Shown here in pieces: positions 11,468-20,750 of a stretch of 64,000 nucleotides of DNA. The DNA lies in the NCBI GenBank assembly GCA_964411915.1, contig CAYPMB010000007.1, positions 16,531 through 80,530 on the forward strand, given 5' to 3'. The notes under the pieces are model-generated. The model did not search any database. It saw only the letters and a list, made by a program, of their open reading frames with translations, and was not told the origin of the DNA. The stretch's first letter is position 1. Each line of letters opens with the position of its first letter. The DNA is from an uncultured Faecalibacterium sp. (GTDB lineage: Bacteria > Bacillota > Clostridia > Oscillospirales > Acutalibacteraceae). A program made the translations under genes and the position numbers.

Positions 11468-11929
11468 ATGAAATGTCCGTTTTGCGGTTATGTAGAGAGC
11501 AAAGTTATCGATTCCCGTCCTACTGACGAGAGCGAGCGTATCAGAAGACGAAGAGAGTGTATAAGTTGCGGAAAGCGATTCACAACTTATGAAATTATCG
11601 AAAGCGTGCCGATAATCGTTGTGAAAAAGGATAAGTCACGAGAATCTTTCGACCGCGAAAAACTCTTTAACGGTATGCTCAGAGCCTGTGAAAAGCGCCC
11701 GGTTTCCATTGAAACAATAGAAAGAGCCGTTACGGAAATAGAAACAGAACTTCAGAATTCCCTTGACAGAGAGGTTACTTCTGTCCATATCGGCGAACTT
11801 ACAATGGAAAAACTTAAAGATATTGACGAAGTTGCTTATGTTCGTTTCGCTTCTGTTTATAGACAGTTTAAAGATATCAACACATTTATGGATGAGCTTG
11901 CAAAGCTCCTTGGCGAAAAAAATATATAA
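11468..11929 (+). CDS. nrdR: transcriptional repressor NrdR
   Basis: MKCPFCG zinc ribbon plus a second CxxC, an ATP-cone C-terminus, 153 aa. Confidence 0.9.
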   Translation: MKCPFCGYVESKVIDSRPTDESERIRRRRECISCGKRFTTYEIIESVPIIVVKKDKSRESFDREKLFNGMLRACEKRPVSIETIERAVTEIETELQNSLDREVTSVHIGELTMEKLKDIDEVAYVRFASVYRQFKDINTFMDELAKLLGEKNI

Positions 11930-11935
11930 TACATA

Positions 11936-11966
11936 GCAGAGTACGATTTTTGGTACTCTGCTTTTG
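11936..11966 (+). terminator. intrinsic terminator of nrdR
   Basis: GCAGAGTAC ... GTACTCTGC followed by TTTT. Confidence 0.7.
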
Positions 11967-12021
11967 CTATTATATAGACACAAAAGGAAGACATATTTCA
12001 CACGAATGAAAATATGGCTGT

Positions 12022-12118
12022 CGAACAAATTTTCGAAAAAAGTCAATTTTTATCGAACATTTGTATTGACAAACTGAAAAACTGTGTTATAATATGAATT
12101 GTAAAGAACAAATGTTCA
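12022..12118 (+). promoter_or_regulatory. promoter flanked by LexA (Cheo) boxes
   Basis: Three box candidates: CGAACAAATTTTCG (12022-12035), a weak CGAACATTTGTAT (12054-12066), and AGAACAAATGTTCA (12105-12118, perfect GAAC-N4-GTTC core). The promoter is -35 TTGACA at 12066-12071 and extended -10 TGTTATAAT at 12085-12093. Confidence 0.6.
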
Positions 12119-12140
12119 TAAATTAAAGGAGGAAAAAATC

Positions 12141-12371
12141 ATGCCGTTCGTATTGTTTTTAATTTTCACTTTTACCATTGCTCCACTTATTATTTGGGGT
12201 ATCACCCATGAGGATATGCTCATAAAAATTGAAGATAAAATTATTGAAGATATCCGTTCTCAAATGGCGGAAAACAGAAGAAACAAAAAGATCAGAGTTA
12301 TTAAGAACGAGAAAAGAACTCCTTCCAAAATTTGCGAAGAGGGAAACACTCCTAAAGAGTGTGTGGCTTAA
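12141..12371 (+). CDS. small membrane protein (one N-terminal TM helix, basic tail)
   Basis: 76 aa with a GGAGG RBS at 12128-12132. The N-terminus FVLFLIFTFTIAPLIIWGI is hydrophobic. It sits behind the SOS-box promoter. Confidence 0.55.
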   Translation: MPFVLFLIFTFTIAPLIIWGITHEDMLIKIEDKIIEDIRSQMAENRRNKKIRVIKNEKRTPSKICEEGNTPKECVA

Positions 12372-12514
12372 ATTTCCGGAAATCTGCAACGGTCGGATAA
12401 GATGGAGATTTAAATGCAGTTTCGTATAAATATAAACCTTTCCTGTAATTTCTCTTAGTTAGTTTGCCTATTGTTTTAAAAAGCATTTTAGCTTTTTTAA
12501 CCTCTTTTCTTTTA

Positions 12515-12562
12515 AACAACCCCTTGATGAACTTTTTTTCGTCAAGAGGTTGTTCTTTTTTT
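12515..12562 (+). terminator. intrinsic terminator
   Basis: AACAACCCCTTGA ... TCAAGAGGTTGTT followed by CTTTTTTT. Confidence 0.6.
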
Positions 12563-12651
12563 AAGGCCAATCTTTCCCCGAAACTATTGACAATACAGGA
12601 TTTTTTGATAAAATTATAATGATATAGTAGGTTTGAAAGGAGACAGTATCC

Positions 12652-14751
12652 GTGGAAAAGAAAATGCAGTTGTGTATGCAGTGTATGATGGAATTGGATG
12701 AGGACGCATTGTCCTGTCCTTACTGCGGTTTTAATTCAAATTCAAAACAGCAGAGTCCCTATATTCTTATGGGAACTGTTCTTCATGAAAAGTATATCTG
12801 CGGAAAGATGATAAGAAAAAATATAGACAGTGCGGTTTATATCGGTTATGATTTGTCTGCCGGTAAGACCGTTGAACTGCGTGAGTTCTTTCCGGATAAA
12901 ATTGCCTTCAGAGGCAGTGACGGCTTGACCATGGACTGCGTGGAGGAGCATAGTGATATTTACGGAGAGTATCTCCAAAGTTATTCACAGCTCTGGAAAA
13001 ACCTGATGCGTTTCAAAGGACTTCCCGCTTTATTTAATGTCAATGAAATTTTTAATGCCAATAACACTGTTTATGCCGTTACCGACCATAACGACAGCAC
13101 CACATTCAGAAAAATTCTCAAGAATGCTGATATAGAAAATAATCCAATGACTCTTAAAAAGGTGAAGAGTCTCATAGTTCCCATGCTTTCAACCATTGAA
13201 TCATTGCATACTGCAAATGTGGTTCACAGAGGCATTTCTCCGGACACTTTGGTTTTAAGCTCTGACGGAACATTGAAACTGACCGGATTTGAGATCCCTC
13301 AAGTGAGAACAACCAAAAATCAGCTTATATGCTCTGTGTGTGACGGATATGCCGCCATTGAGCAATACGGTTTCAGTTGGCAGCAAGGTGCATGGACTGA
13401 TATTTACAGCATAGGCGCTCTCATATATGAACTGCTGACAGGCAGAATTATCAAAAGCGCTCCGGAAAGACTTAATGATGACACCGTGCTGTTTACGGAT
13501 AAGGAAAAACAGCGCATACCCGAAAGTGTTATAAATCTTGTGAAAGATTGTCTTGCCGTAATGCCCCAGGACAGAATTAAGTCCATTGCCCAAATAAGAG
13601 ATGTTTTTGTTCCCTTTGATGCTCCTGTTTCCAATGTGACGAGATCCGTATCCCATGTAAGAGATCTTAACAGCAATGTTAGGGTGAGAACAAACGAAAC
13701 AAGAATTCCCGTTGATGGCGATGAAGATGTGAAGATTTACACAAAGCCAAAGCAGGCTGTTCCTCAAACAAAGACAAGTCAGCCGAAGGTTATTGTGATT
13801 TCTGAAGATAAGAAGATCAAAGAACGGTTTGACAGGGAAAAGGAAAAGCGAGAGGCTGAAGAAAAAGCCAAAGAAAAAGCAAGAATAGAAAGAGAGCAAC
13901 TTGCTTTAAAGCTCCGTGAGATCGAAAAGCAAAAACAGGAAGAAAAAAGACAGCGTGAAGAAAAAATCAAAAACACACCCATAATTGCCGCAAGTTATAA
14001 GGCGAGCAAGGTTGTTAACCGAAACCCTGTAATTTTAGGCACGGTTGTGGCGGTTGTGGTGGCTATATTGTGTATGATCTTGACCTTGACTTTATACGGA
14101 ACTGTTCTTTATAAAGTCTTTGACGCTCCGGTGCTTGATAACTGTCTTGCATCATTTTCATTCCTGCCGGTTAATAAGAATAAGAAAGAGGAACTTAAGT
14201 TTTATGAAGTTCCGGATTTCTCCGGACTTACTAAGGAAGCCATAGAAAACGAATCAGCTTTTTCAAGAAAGTTTAACTTTGTTTTTGAATATGATTATTG
14301 CGACACAGTTGCATCGGGATATGTTTTTTCTCAAAGCATAAATCCGGGAGAGCAGGCTCAAAAAGGCTCAACCGTAACGGTGTATATAAGCAAAGGCATC
14401 GAAATGATAACAGTTCCGGAAGTTATGGAACTTACAGGCACTGAGGCTCAGGAAAAGTTAACTCAGTTGGGCTTTAATGTAACTGTGGAAAAACAATATA
14501 ACAACGGTTTCCATAGGGAAGACAAAATAATTTCTCTCTCAGTGACAGAGGGAGACTCATATCCGAAGGGATCTGATGTTGTGATTAAGGTTTGGGGTCA
14601 GCCTGTTTGGTCAAAAGATCCCGATTCCGAAACAACAACCACATCTCCAAATCAAAACGATACGCCGAATGACGATAACAGCAATAACAGTGACAGACCT
14701 TTTGGTTTGCCGTCAATTTTCGATTGGCTTTTCGGTGACATATTAGGATAA
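12652..14751 (+). CDS. zinc-ribbon / Hanks-kinase-like pseudokinase / TM / 2x PASTA protein
   Basis: N-terminal CxxC...CxxC, a kinase-like fold with degenerate catalytic motifs, a KE-rich coiled segment, a TM helix (VILGTVVAVVVAILCMILTLTLY) and two PASTA-like repeats. GTG start with a GAAAGGAG RBS. Confidence 0.8.
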   Translation: MEKKMQLCMQCMMELDEDALSCPYCGFNSNSKQQSPYILMGTVLHEKYICGKMIRKNIDSAVYIGYDLSAGKTVELREFFPDKIAFRGSDGLTMDCVEEHSDIYGEYLQSYSQLWKNLMRFKGLPALFNVNEIFNANNTVYAVTDHNDSTTFRKILKNADIENNPMTLKKVKSLIVPMLSTIESLHTANVVHRGISPDTLVLSSDGTLKLTGFEIPQVRTTKNQLICSVCDGYAAIEQYGFSWQQGAWTDIYSIGALIYELLTGRIIKSAPERLNDDTVLFTDKEKQRIPESVINLVKDCLAVMPQDRIKSIAQIRDVFVPFDAPVSNVTRSVSHVRDLNSNVRVRTNETRIPVDGDEDVKIYTKPKQAVPQTKTSQPKVIVISEDKKIKERFDREKEKREAEEKAKEKARIEREQLALKLREIEKQKQEEKRQREEKIKNTPIIAASYKASKVVNRNPVILGTVVAVVVAILCMILTLTLYGTVLYKVFDAPVLDNCLASFSFLPVNKNKKEELKFYEVPDFSGLTKEAIENESAFSRKFNFVFEYDYCDTVASGYVFSQSINPGEQAQKGSTVTVYISKGIEMITVPEVMELTGTEAQEKLTQLGFNVTVEKQYNNGFHREDKIISLSVTEGDSYPKGSDVVIKVWGQPVWSKDPDSETTTTSPNQNDTPNDDNSNNSDRPFGLPSIFDWLFGDILG

Positions 14752-14769
14752 GGAAAGGTAAAATAAATT

Positions 14770-15663
14770 ATGATAGAAACTAAAACAGCGTTTATAGCCA
14801 TAGTGGGCTGTCCCAATGTGGGCAAATCCTCACTTTTGAATGTTATGTTGGGACAAAAGGTGGCAATCGTGTCGGACAAGCCGCAGACAACTCGAACAAA
14901 AATCATGGGAGTTCTCACTAAGGGAGAAACTCAGCTTGTGTTCACGGATACTCCCGGATATCACAGACCGAGAACCAAGTTAGGTGAAAAGATGATAAAA
15001 GCTGTGGGCGACAGCTTGTCAGGTGTTGATGTATGCCTGTTTGTGGTTGAGCCTGAGGGAGAACTTCGCCCCACAGAACTTGAACTTATTGAGAAGTTCA
15101 AAAAGGAAAAAATGCCGGTTATTCTTGCCATAAACAAAATTGATACAGTTAAAGACAAGAGCCTCATCATGGAAAGAATACTTGAAATGACAAAGCATTA
15201 TGACTATGAGGCGGTAGTGCCTGTTTCCGCAGTTAAAAATGACGGAATAGACTCACTTATGGAAGAACTTGAAAAACTCTCATTCCCATCACCTCACTTT
15301 TTCCCCGATGATACTTTGACAGATCAGCCGGAAAGAGTGCTTGCCGGAGAAATCATCAGAGAGAAGATGCTTCGTCTCCTTGATAAGGAAATACCCCATG
15401 GTATAGCAGTAAGCATTGAAAAAATGCGTGAAAGAGAAGACAGCGATATTCTTGATGTTGATGCAGTTATTTATTGTGAAAAAGACAGTCACAAGGGCAT
15501 AATCATCGGAAAGAAAGGCGCAATGCTTAAGAAAATATCAACTTACGCAAGAGAGGATATGGAGAAATTCTTCGATTGCCATATCAACTTGCAGTGCTGG
15601 GTGAAAGTCAAGGAAGGCTGGAGAAACAGAGAAGGTCTTATCCATAATTTCGGACTTGATTGA
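14770..15663 (+). CDS. era: GTPase Era
   Basis: G1 GCPNVGKSS, G3 DTPG, G4 NKID and a C-terminal KH domain. Confidence 0.9.
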   Translation: MIETKTAFIAIVGCPNVGKSSLLNVMLGQKVAIVSDKPQTTRTKIMGVLTKGETQLVFTDTPGYHRPRTKLGEKMIKAVGDSLSGVDVCLFVVEPEGELRPTELELIEKFKKEKMPVILAINKIDTVKDKSLIMERILEMTKHYDYEAVVPVSAVKNDGIDSLMEELEKLSFPSPHFFPDDTLTDQPERVLAGEIIREKMLRLLDKEIPHGIAVSIEKMREREDSDILDVDAVIYCEKDSHKGIIIGKKGAMLKKISTYAREDMEKFFDCHINLQCWVKVKEGWRNREGLIHNFGLD

Positions 15664-15744
15664 TTTTTTTAAGAAAATTCTGCCACTTATAAGTTTATAT
15701 ATCTCCTGAAAGAATATAATTAAATAGTCTTTGAGGTGATATTG

Positions 15745-15915
15745 ATGGATGAACTTGATTTATATTGGAAAAAATTTCTGGAAAGCGGAAGACCGGAGGA
15801 TTATATAACCTTTTTCTCTATGCGAGAAGCCGGTGAAGATAATCCGTCAAAAGAGGACTTGGAAAATGCATATAAAAACAACGGGGATAGTCATTCGAGA
15901 ACAGACAATATCTGA
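15745..15915 (+). CDS. YqzL-like small protein (below the ORF-track length cut-off)
   Basis: My own translation gives MDELDLYWKKFLESGRPEDYITFFSMREAGEDNPSKEDLENAYKNNGDSHSRTDNI. It has a GAGGTG RBS and sits in the era-recO position occupied by yqzL in Bacillus. Its tail overlaps the recO start. Confidence 0.4.
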   Translation: MDELDLYWKKFLESGRPEDYITFFSMREAGEDNPSKEDLENAYKNNGDSHSRTDNI

Positions 15916-16603
15916 AAATGATAAACTTGTGACCCTGCTTACACGAGACAGAGGTGTAATCAGGGCATTTGCCCGTGGAGCAAAAAGTCCGAAGAGCCGA
16001 AAAAACGCAGGAACACAGCAGTTTTGTTACTGTGATTTTGACATTTATTCGGGAAATAATATTTTTTCCGTTGAAGAAGCAAGACCGAAAGAAACCTTTT
16101 TCGACTTGAGAGGGGATATACAAAATCTTGCTTTAGCCCAGTATTTTTGCGAACTTGTTTACGAGTTGTCTCCCAGAGAAGAAGACAGCGAGGAATATTT
16201 AAAGTTAATTCTTAACACAAACTATCTTTTAATGCGAGGAAAAAAAGAGCCGGCACTTCTTAAAGCCGTATTTGAATTGAGAATATTGAGTATGTCCGGT
16301 TATATGCCGTCACTGGTAGGGTGCAACTGTTGCGGGGAATTTGAAAGCGACATTATGTTTTTTGACATAGCAAAAGGTGAAATCTATTGTGATAAATGCA
16401 ATAACAATAAATACCACCTTCCTCTTTCCATAAGTGTTATTACTGCTATGCGTCATGTTGTTTTTTCCGAAAGTGACAGGATTTTTTCTTTTAGCCTTAA
16501 AGAGGAGGCTTTAAGAGAATTTGAAGAAAGCGTTGAAAGATATCTTCTTCATGTGACCATGAGGAAATATAAAACATTGGATTTTTATAAAATGATTAAA
16601 TGA
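15866..16603 (+). CDS. recO: DNA repair protein RecO
   Basis: MHIKTTGIVIRE N-terminal OB-fold pattern and a CxxC...CxxC zinc motif. The ATG at 15866 follows AGAGGA. Confidence 0.85.
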   Translation: MHIKTTGIVIREQTISENDKLVTLLTRDRGVIRAFARGAKSPKSRKNAGTQQFCYCDFDIYSGNNIFSVEEARPKETFFDLRGDIQNLALAQYFCELVYELSPREEDSEEYLKLILNTNYLLMRGKKEPALLKAVFELRILSMSGYMPSLVGCNCCGEFESDIMFFDIAKGEIYCDKCNNNKYHLPLSISVITAMRHVVFSESDRIFSFSLKEEALREFEESVERYLLHVTMRKYKTLDFYKMIK

Positions 16604-16617
16604 AAGGAGAGGGTAAA

Positions 16618-19005
16618 ATGAATAAACATTGGGTTGCTCTTGAACTTCCGAAAGTTCTTGATATGCTTGCTTTACAGACCACTTGTGAAGATGCAAAGGA
16701 AAAAGCGTTGAGCTTAGAGCCTGTGACAAATCTTAATGCAGTTCAGACTTTGCTTGATCAGACAAAGGACGCTCATATGCTTATGGCTCGTTTCGGTGCG
16801 CCGAACTTCGGCTCTCTCACTAATGTGAATAACGCTCTGAGCAGAGCAGATGCCGGTGGCGTACTTAATATGACGGAACTTTTACATATTGCAGAGGATT
16901 TGCGTGTTATTCGTTCTCTTTCAAACTGGCACGGAAACAGTGCAGTGAAAACTAAGATTGACGGACTTTTTGAAAGCCTTATGCCAAACAAGTTCCTTGA
17001 AGAAAGAATAACATCTTCCATTATCAGCGAAGAAGAAATGTCTGACTCTGCATCTCCCGAACTTTATAACATCAGAAGAAAAATCAGAGCCGCATCGGCA
17101 AGGGTCAGAGAGAAACTTGATAAAATGACCCATTCCGATTCCGTTTCAAGATATCTTCGTGAGCCTATTGTTACCATGCGTAACGGCAGATATGTTGTTC
17201 CGGTGAAATTGGAACATAGAGGGGAGATATCAGGCCTTGTCCATGATACTTCTTCAAGCGGTGCAACTGTTTTCGTTGAGCCGACTGCTGTCGTTGAGGC
17301 CAACAATGAGATTAAAGTTCTTCAGGGAAAAGAAAAAGATGAGATAGACAGAATACTTGCAGAACTTTCAGCAATGGCAGGAAGTTTTGCCCAAAGCATT
17401 AAGTCAAGTTATGAAAATGCGGTTTATCTCAATTTGGTTTTTGCAAAAGCCAAACTGGCTTATGATATGAAAGCCTCAGTTCCTCAGCTTAATGATGAGG
17501 GCATAATCAATTTGAGAAATGCAAGACACCCTTTAATAAATAAGGATAAAGTAGTTCCCGTTGATGTGAGTTTAGGCGAAAGTTTTGACACTCTTGTTAT
17601 AACCGGCCCGAATACCGGCGGCAAAACAGTTTCAATTAAAACTATCGGTTTGCTGACACTTATGACTATGTGCGGACTTATGATACCTGTGGGTGACAGA
17701 AGTGTTATTTCCGTTTTTGATAATATTCTTGCGGATATCGGTGACGAACAGAGCATTGAGCAGTCACTTTCCACTTTCTCCGCCCACATGACCAATATTA
17801 AAAGTATAATGGAACGTGCCGATGATAAAAGTCTTGTTCTCATTGATGAACTTGGGGCAGGTACAGATCCGGTTGAGGGTGCGGCTCTTGCTATGGCAAT
17901 ACTTGAAAGACTTAACATTCAGGGTGCTAAAATTGCTGCCACAACTCATTATGCGGAACTGAAAGCCTATGCTTTACAGACTCCGAGAATTGAAAACGGT
18001 TGCTGTGAGTTTGATGTTAAAACCCTTAAACCCACTTATCGCTTGCTTATCGGTGTTCCGGGAAGATCCAATGCTTTTGCCATATCCGCTAAACTTGGAA
18101 TTGACAGCGGAGTTATTGACAGAGCCAAAGACTTGGTTTCAACAGAGAATGCCAGATTTGAAGATGTGGTTGAAAGTCTTGAAAAGAGCCGACAGGATTA
18201 TGAAGTTAAAATTGATGAAGCCGAGACTCTCAAACAGCAAGCGCAACAGGACAGAGAGACGGCAAAAGAATATAAGGAAAGCATTGATAAACTTCGAGAA
18301 CAGGAAATCGAGAAGGCAAGGGGAGAGGCATTGCGCATTGTGGAGCAGGCGAAAAGAGCATCACACGCCTTACTTTTTGAACTTGATGAGTTTAAGAAAG
18401 AAAAGGCAAAGTCTGCCGATGCCAACGATTTGGCAAGACGAGCCCGTCAGCAGATCAAAAAGAGCCTTGGGGAACTTGACGAAATAACCAATCCGGTGGT
18501 GAAAAGGTTTGATGACGGTGAAGAATATGTACTTCCCCGTGAACTTAAAATCGGTGACAGAGTTCTTATTGCGGATTTAGGCAATGAAGCTGAGGTTACG
18601 GCTTTACCTGACAAAAAAGGAATGGTTATGGTACAAAGCGGTTTGTTCAAAACTAAGGTTAAGCTGGAAAACTTAAGGCTTGTGGGTGAAAAGAAATCGA
18701 ATAAGCCGAAAAAGACCCGTTCCGTAAATCCGAGAACAAGTGAAAGCCGTTTTGATACTCCCGCAAAAACAGAATGTGACCTTCGAGGAATGAATATTGA
18801 GGAAGGCATACTTGAAGTTGACAGGTTCATCGATCAGGCAATGAGGCTTGGTATCGGTGAAGTGTCTATCATTCACGGAAAAGGTACAGGTGTACTTCGC
18901 AAAGGAATACAGGAGTATCTGAGAAAGCATCCGGCTGTTAAAAAGTTCAGATTAGGCACTTTCGGTGAAGGCGAATCCGGTGTAACTATCGTTACAATAA
19001 AATAA
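16618..19005 (+). CDS. mutS2: endonuclease MutS2
   Basis: MutS ATPase domain (GPNTGGKT, DELGAGTD), a coiled coil and a C-terminal Smr domain (IIHGKGTGVLR). Confidence 0.9.
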   Translation: MNKHWVALELPKVLDMLALQTTCEDAKEKALSLEPVTNLNAVQTLLDQTKDAHMLMARFGAPNFGSLTNVNNALSRADAGGVLNMTELLHIAEDLRVIRSLSNWHGNSAVKTKIDGLFESLMPNKFLEERITSSIISEEEMSDSASPELYNIRRKIRAASARVREKLDKMTHSDSVSRYLREPIVTMRNGRYVVPVKLEHRGEISGLVHDTSSSGATVFVEPTAVVEANNEIKVLQGKEKDEIDRILAELSAMAGSFAQSIKSSYENAVYLNLVFAKAKLAYDMKASVPQLNDEGIINLRNARHPLINKDKVVPVDVSLGESFDTLVITGPNTGGKTVSIKTIGLLTLMTMCGLMIPVGDRSVISVFDNILADIGDEQSIEQSLSTFSAHMTNIKSIMERADDKSLVLIDELGAGTDPVEGAALAMAILERLNIQGAKIAATTHYAELKAYALQTPRIENGCCEFDVKTLKPTYRLLIGVPGRSNAFAISAKLGIDSGVIDRAKDLVSTENARFEDVVESLEKSRQDYEVKIDEAETLKQQAQQDRETAKEYKESIDKLREQEIEKARGEALRIVEQAKRASHALLFELDEFKKEKAKSADANDLARRARQQIKKSLGELDEITNPVVKRFDDGEEYVLPRELKIGDRVLIADLGNEAEVTALPDKKGMVMVQSGLFKTKVKLENLRLVGEKKSNKPKKTRSVNPRTSESRFDTPAKTECDLRGMNIEEGILEVDRFIDQAMRLGIGEVSIIHGKGTGVLRKGIQEYLRKHPAVKKFRLGTFGEGESGVTIVTIK

Positions 19006-19319
19006 CATTCACAATCATACATTAACAATATTCATAATTATGACAAATATTGTATATATATGAAAAAAGCTTAAATTTGACTAAAGAGGTTTGACATTAG
19101 CATATATAGTGTGCTATCATTATAATAGTTTGTGTTAAACTCACCGATTTTGGGCTTATTAGAGAAAACCCCCATAAGCCGGAAAGAACAGTATTATGTT
19201 CTTATTGAAAAGCGTATCGGTGTTTTGAAATTGCGGTTCGTGTATCCGTTATAAAAATGTAAAAACCCCCGTGGAAAAGGGGTTGGGGATAAATTTACCT
19301 TAAGAAAGAAGGAAAAACT

Positions 19320-20723
19320 ATGGCAAAGAATGTTCAGATTGACAAGCCACTTTACGACCTTATACCGTCTCAGCAGACAATGTATATAATGGTAAAGTAT
19401 AGCATTCACAAGGAAGTAATTCAAATTCCGGCATCAATAGCCGTAGGGGAGAAAATCGATTTCGATTTGCTTAAAAAGGCATTTAATATTGAAATTGAGA
19501 GAAATGATGCTCTTCGCCTCCGCTTTACAAAGGTTGACGGTAAGATCAAGCAGTATTTCATCGATCCATACAAAGTTGATAATATACCGGTTATGGAATT
19601 TAAGTCAAAGGAAGAGCAGGATAAGTTCCTTTCAAAGGACGCAAAGACACCTGTTAAGTTCCTTAAGGGTGAGACTTTCAGAGTTATTTTTTACAAAACA
19701 GCCGATGGTAAATCGGGCATTTACTTTAATGTAAGCCATATTGTGACAGACGCTTTAGGCGCTGCCGTATTTTATAAGGATTTACTTGCTGTTTATAATG
19801 CACTTAAAAACGGAACAGAACTTCCCGCACCCTTGTATAATTATGAAGATCATATAAAGAGAGAGTTTGCTTATCTTACCAACGAGAAGCTTCATGGAAA
19901 AGATGCGGAATTTTACAAGAAGTATTGGGCAGATAATCAGGAGCCTTTCTATGCCGGTGTTCACGGTCCGGATCTTCTCGAAAAAGCAAGGAAAAAGGAT
20001 CCGAGCATAAGAGTTCCAAAGGCTTTCGATCCTTTCCATGATAAAGTTTCAATTACACGCAGATATATGTCAGAGGCTGAAACAAATGCAGTTTACGATT
20101 ATTGTAAAGAGCATCTTGTTACTCCCGAATGTGTATTCCTTTACGCTTTGAGAGCCCATGCATCAAAGGTTAATTACAGAGCAGATGATGTTCTTAATAT
20201 GCTTATGTGTGGCAGAAGAGCAAAGAAACAGGACAAGATGATGGGCGGTTGTGTTACACAGCCGATACAGATAAGAGTTATAACAAAGGAAACAGACACC
20301 TTTAACGAGGCTGTCGGCAAGGTTTCCTCTTGCAGAACTTCTCTTCTTCGTCACATGGACTTCCCATATCTTGAGGCAAGAGTTATGCAGCAGAAGATTT
20401 TCGGATATGCTACCTCTCAGGGCCCGTCATGCCTTATGTTCTCATGGCTTCCTATCGGACATGCAATGAAGGATTCAAGTCTTGATATTGATTTTACAGC
20501 CTATGAAACAGGCAGATTTTCAATGCCTCTTTACATATTTGCAGTTCCCGATGTTAAAAACGGAGGAACAGAGTTTATCTATATGCACAGACCTCATCTT
20601 ATTTCTGTGGAGACAATAGATTTACTTCATAATAATGCAATGAAGGCTCTGAAAATGGGTCTTAATAATCCTGATATCACGGTTGGAGAAATTCTTGACA
20701 ATCTGGATGATTTTAGGAAATAA
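19320..20723 (+). CDS. stand-alone NRPS-type condensation-domain protein
   Basis: 467 aa with C1-like LIPSQQTMY, RLRF, and an HxxxD active-site motif (NVSHIVTDALG). Confidence 0.8.
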   Translation: MAKNVQIDKPLYDLIPSQQTMYIMVKYSIHKEVIQIPASIAVGEKIDFDLLKKAFNIEIERNDALRLRFTKVDGKIKQYFIDPYKVDNIPVMEFKSKEEQDKFLSKDAKTPVKFLKGETFRVIFYKTADGKSGIYFNVSHIVTDALGAAVFYKDLLAVYNALKNGTELPAPLYNYEDHIKREFAYLTNEKLHGKDAEFYKKYWADNQEPFYAGVHGPDLLEKARKKDPSIRVPKAFDPFHDKVSITRRYMSEAETNAVYDYCKEHLVTPECVFLYALRAHASKVNYRADDVLNMLMCGRRAKKQDKMMGGCVTQPIQIRVITKETDTFNEAVGKVSSCRTSLLRHMDFPYLEARVMQQKIFGYATSQGPSCLMFSWLPIGHAMKDSSLDIDFTAYETGRFSMPLYIFAVPDVKNGGTEFIYMHRPHLISVETIDLLHNNAMKALKMGLNNPDITVGEILDNLDDFRK

Positions 20724-20750
20724 ATATTTTTAATATCTTCGGAGGTTGAG

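Noticed and set aside
12352-12570. 72-aa minus-strand basic ORF downstream of the SOS-controlled small gene.
   Set aside because: It runs through the plus-strand terminator hairpin, is Lys-rich low complexity and has no RBS. It is probably part of the 3' UTR of the plus-strand transcript.
13255-13899. 214-aa minus-strand ORF inside the pseudokinase gene.
   Set aside because: It is antisense to a well-supported gene. It is a low-complexity Phe/Leu/Ser-rich shadow of the KE-rich coiled-coil codons, with no RBS.
17969-18487. 172-aa alternative-frame ORF inside mutS2.
   Set aside because: It lies entirely within the conserved MutS2 frame, has a basic low-complexity composition and no start context.
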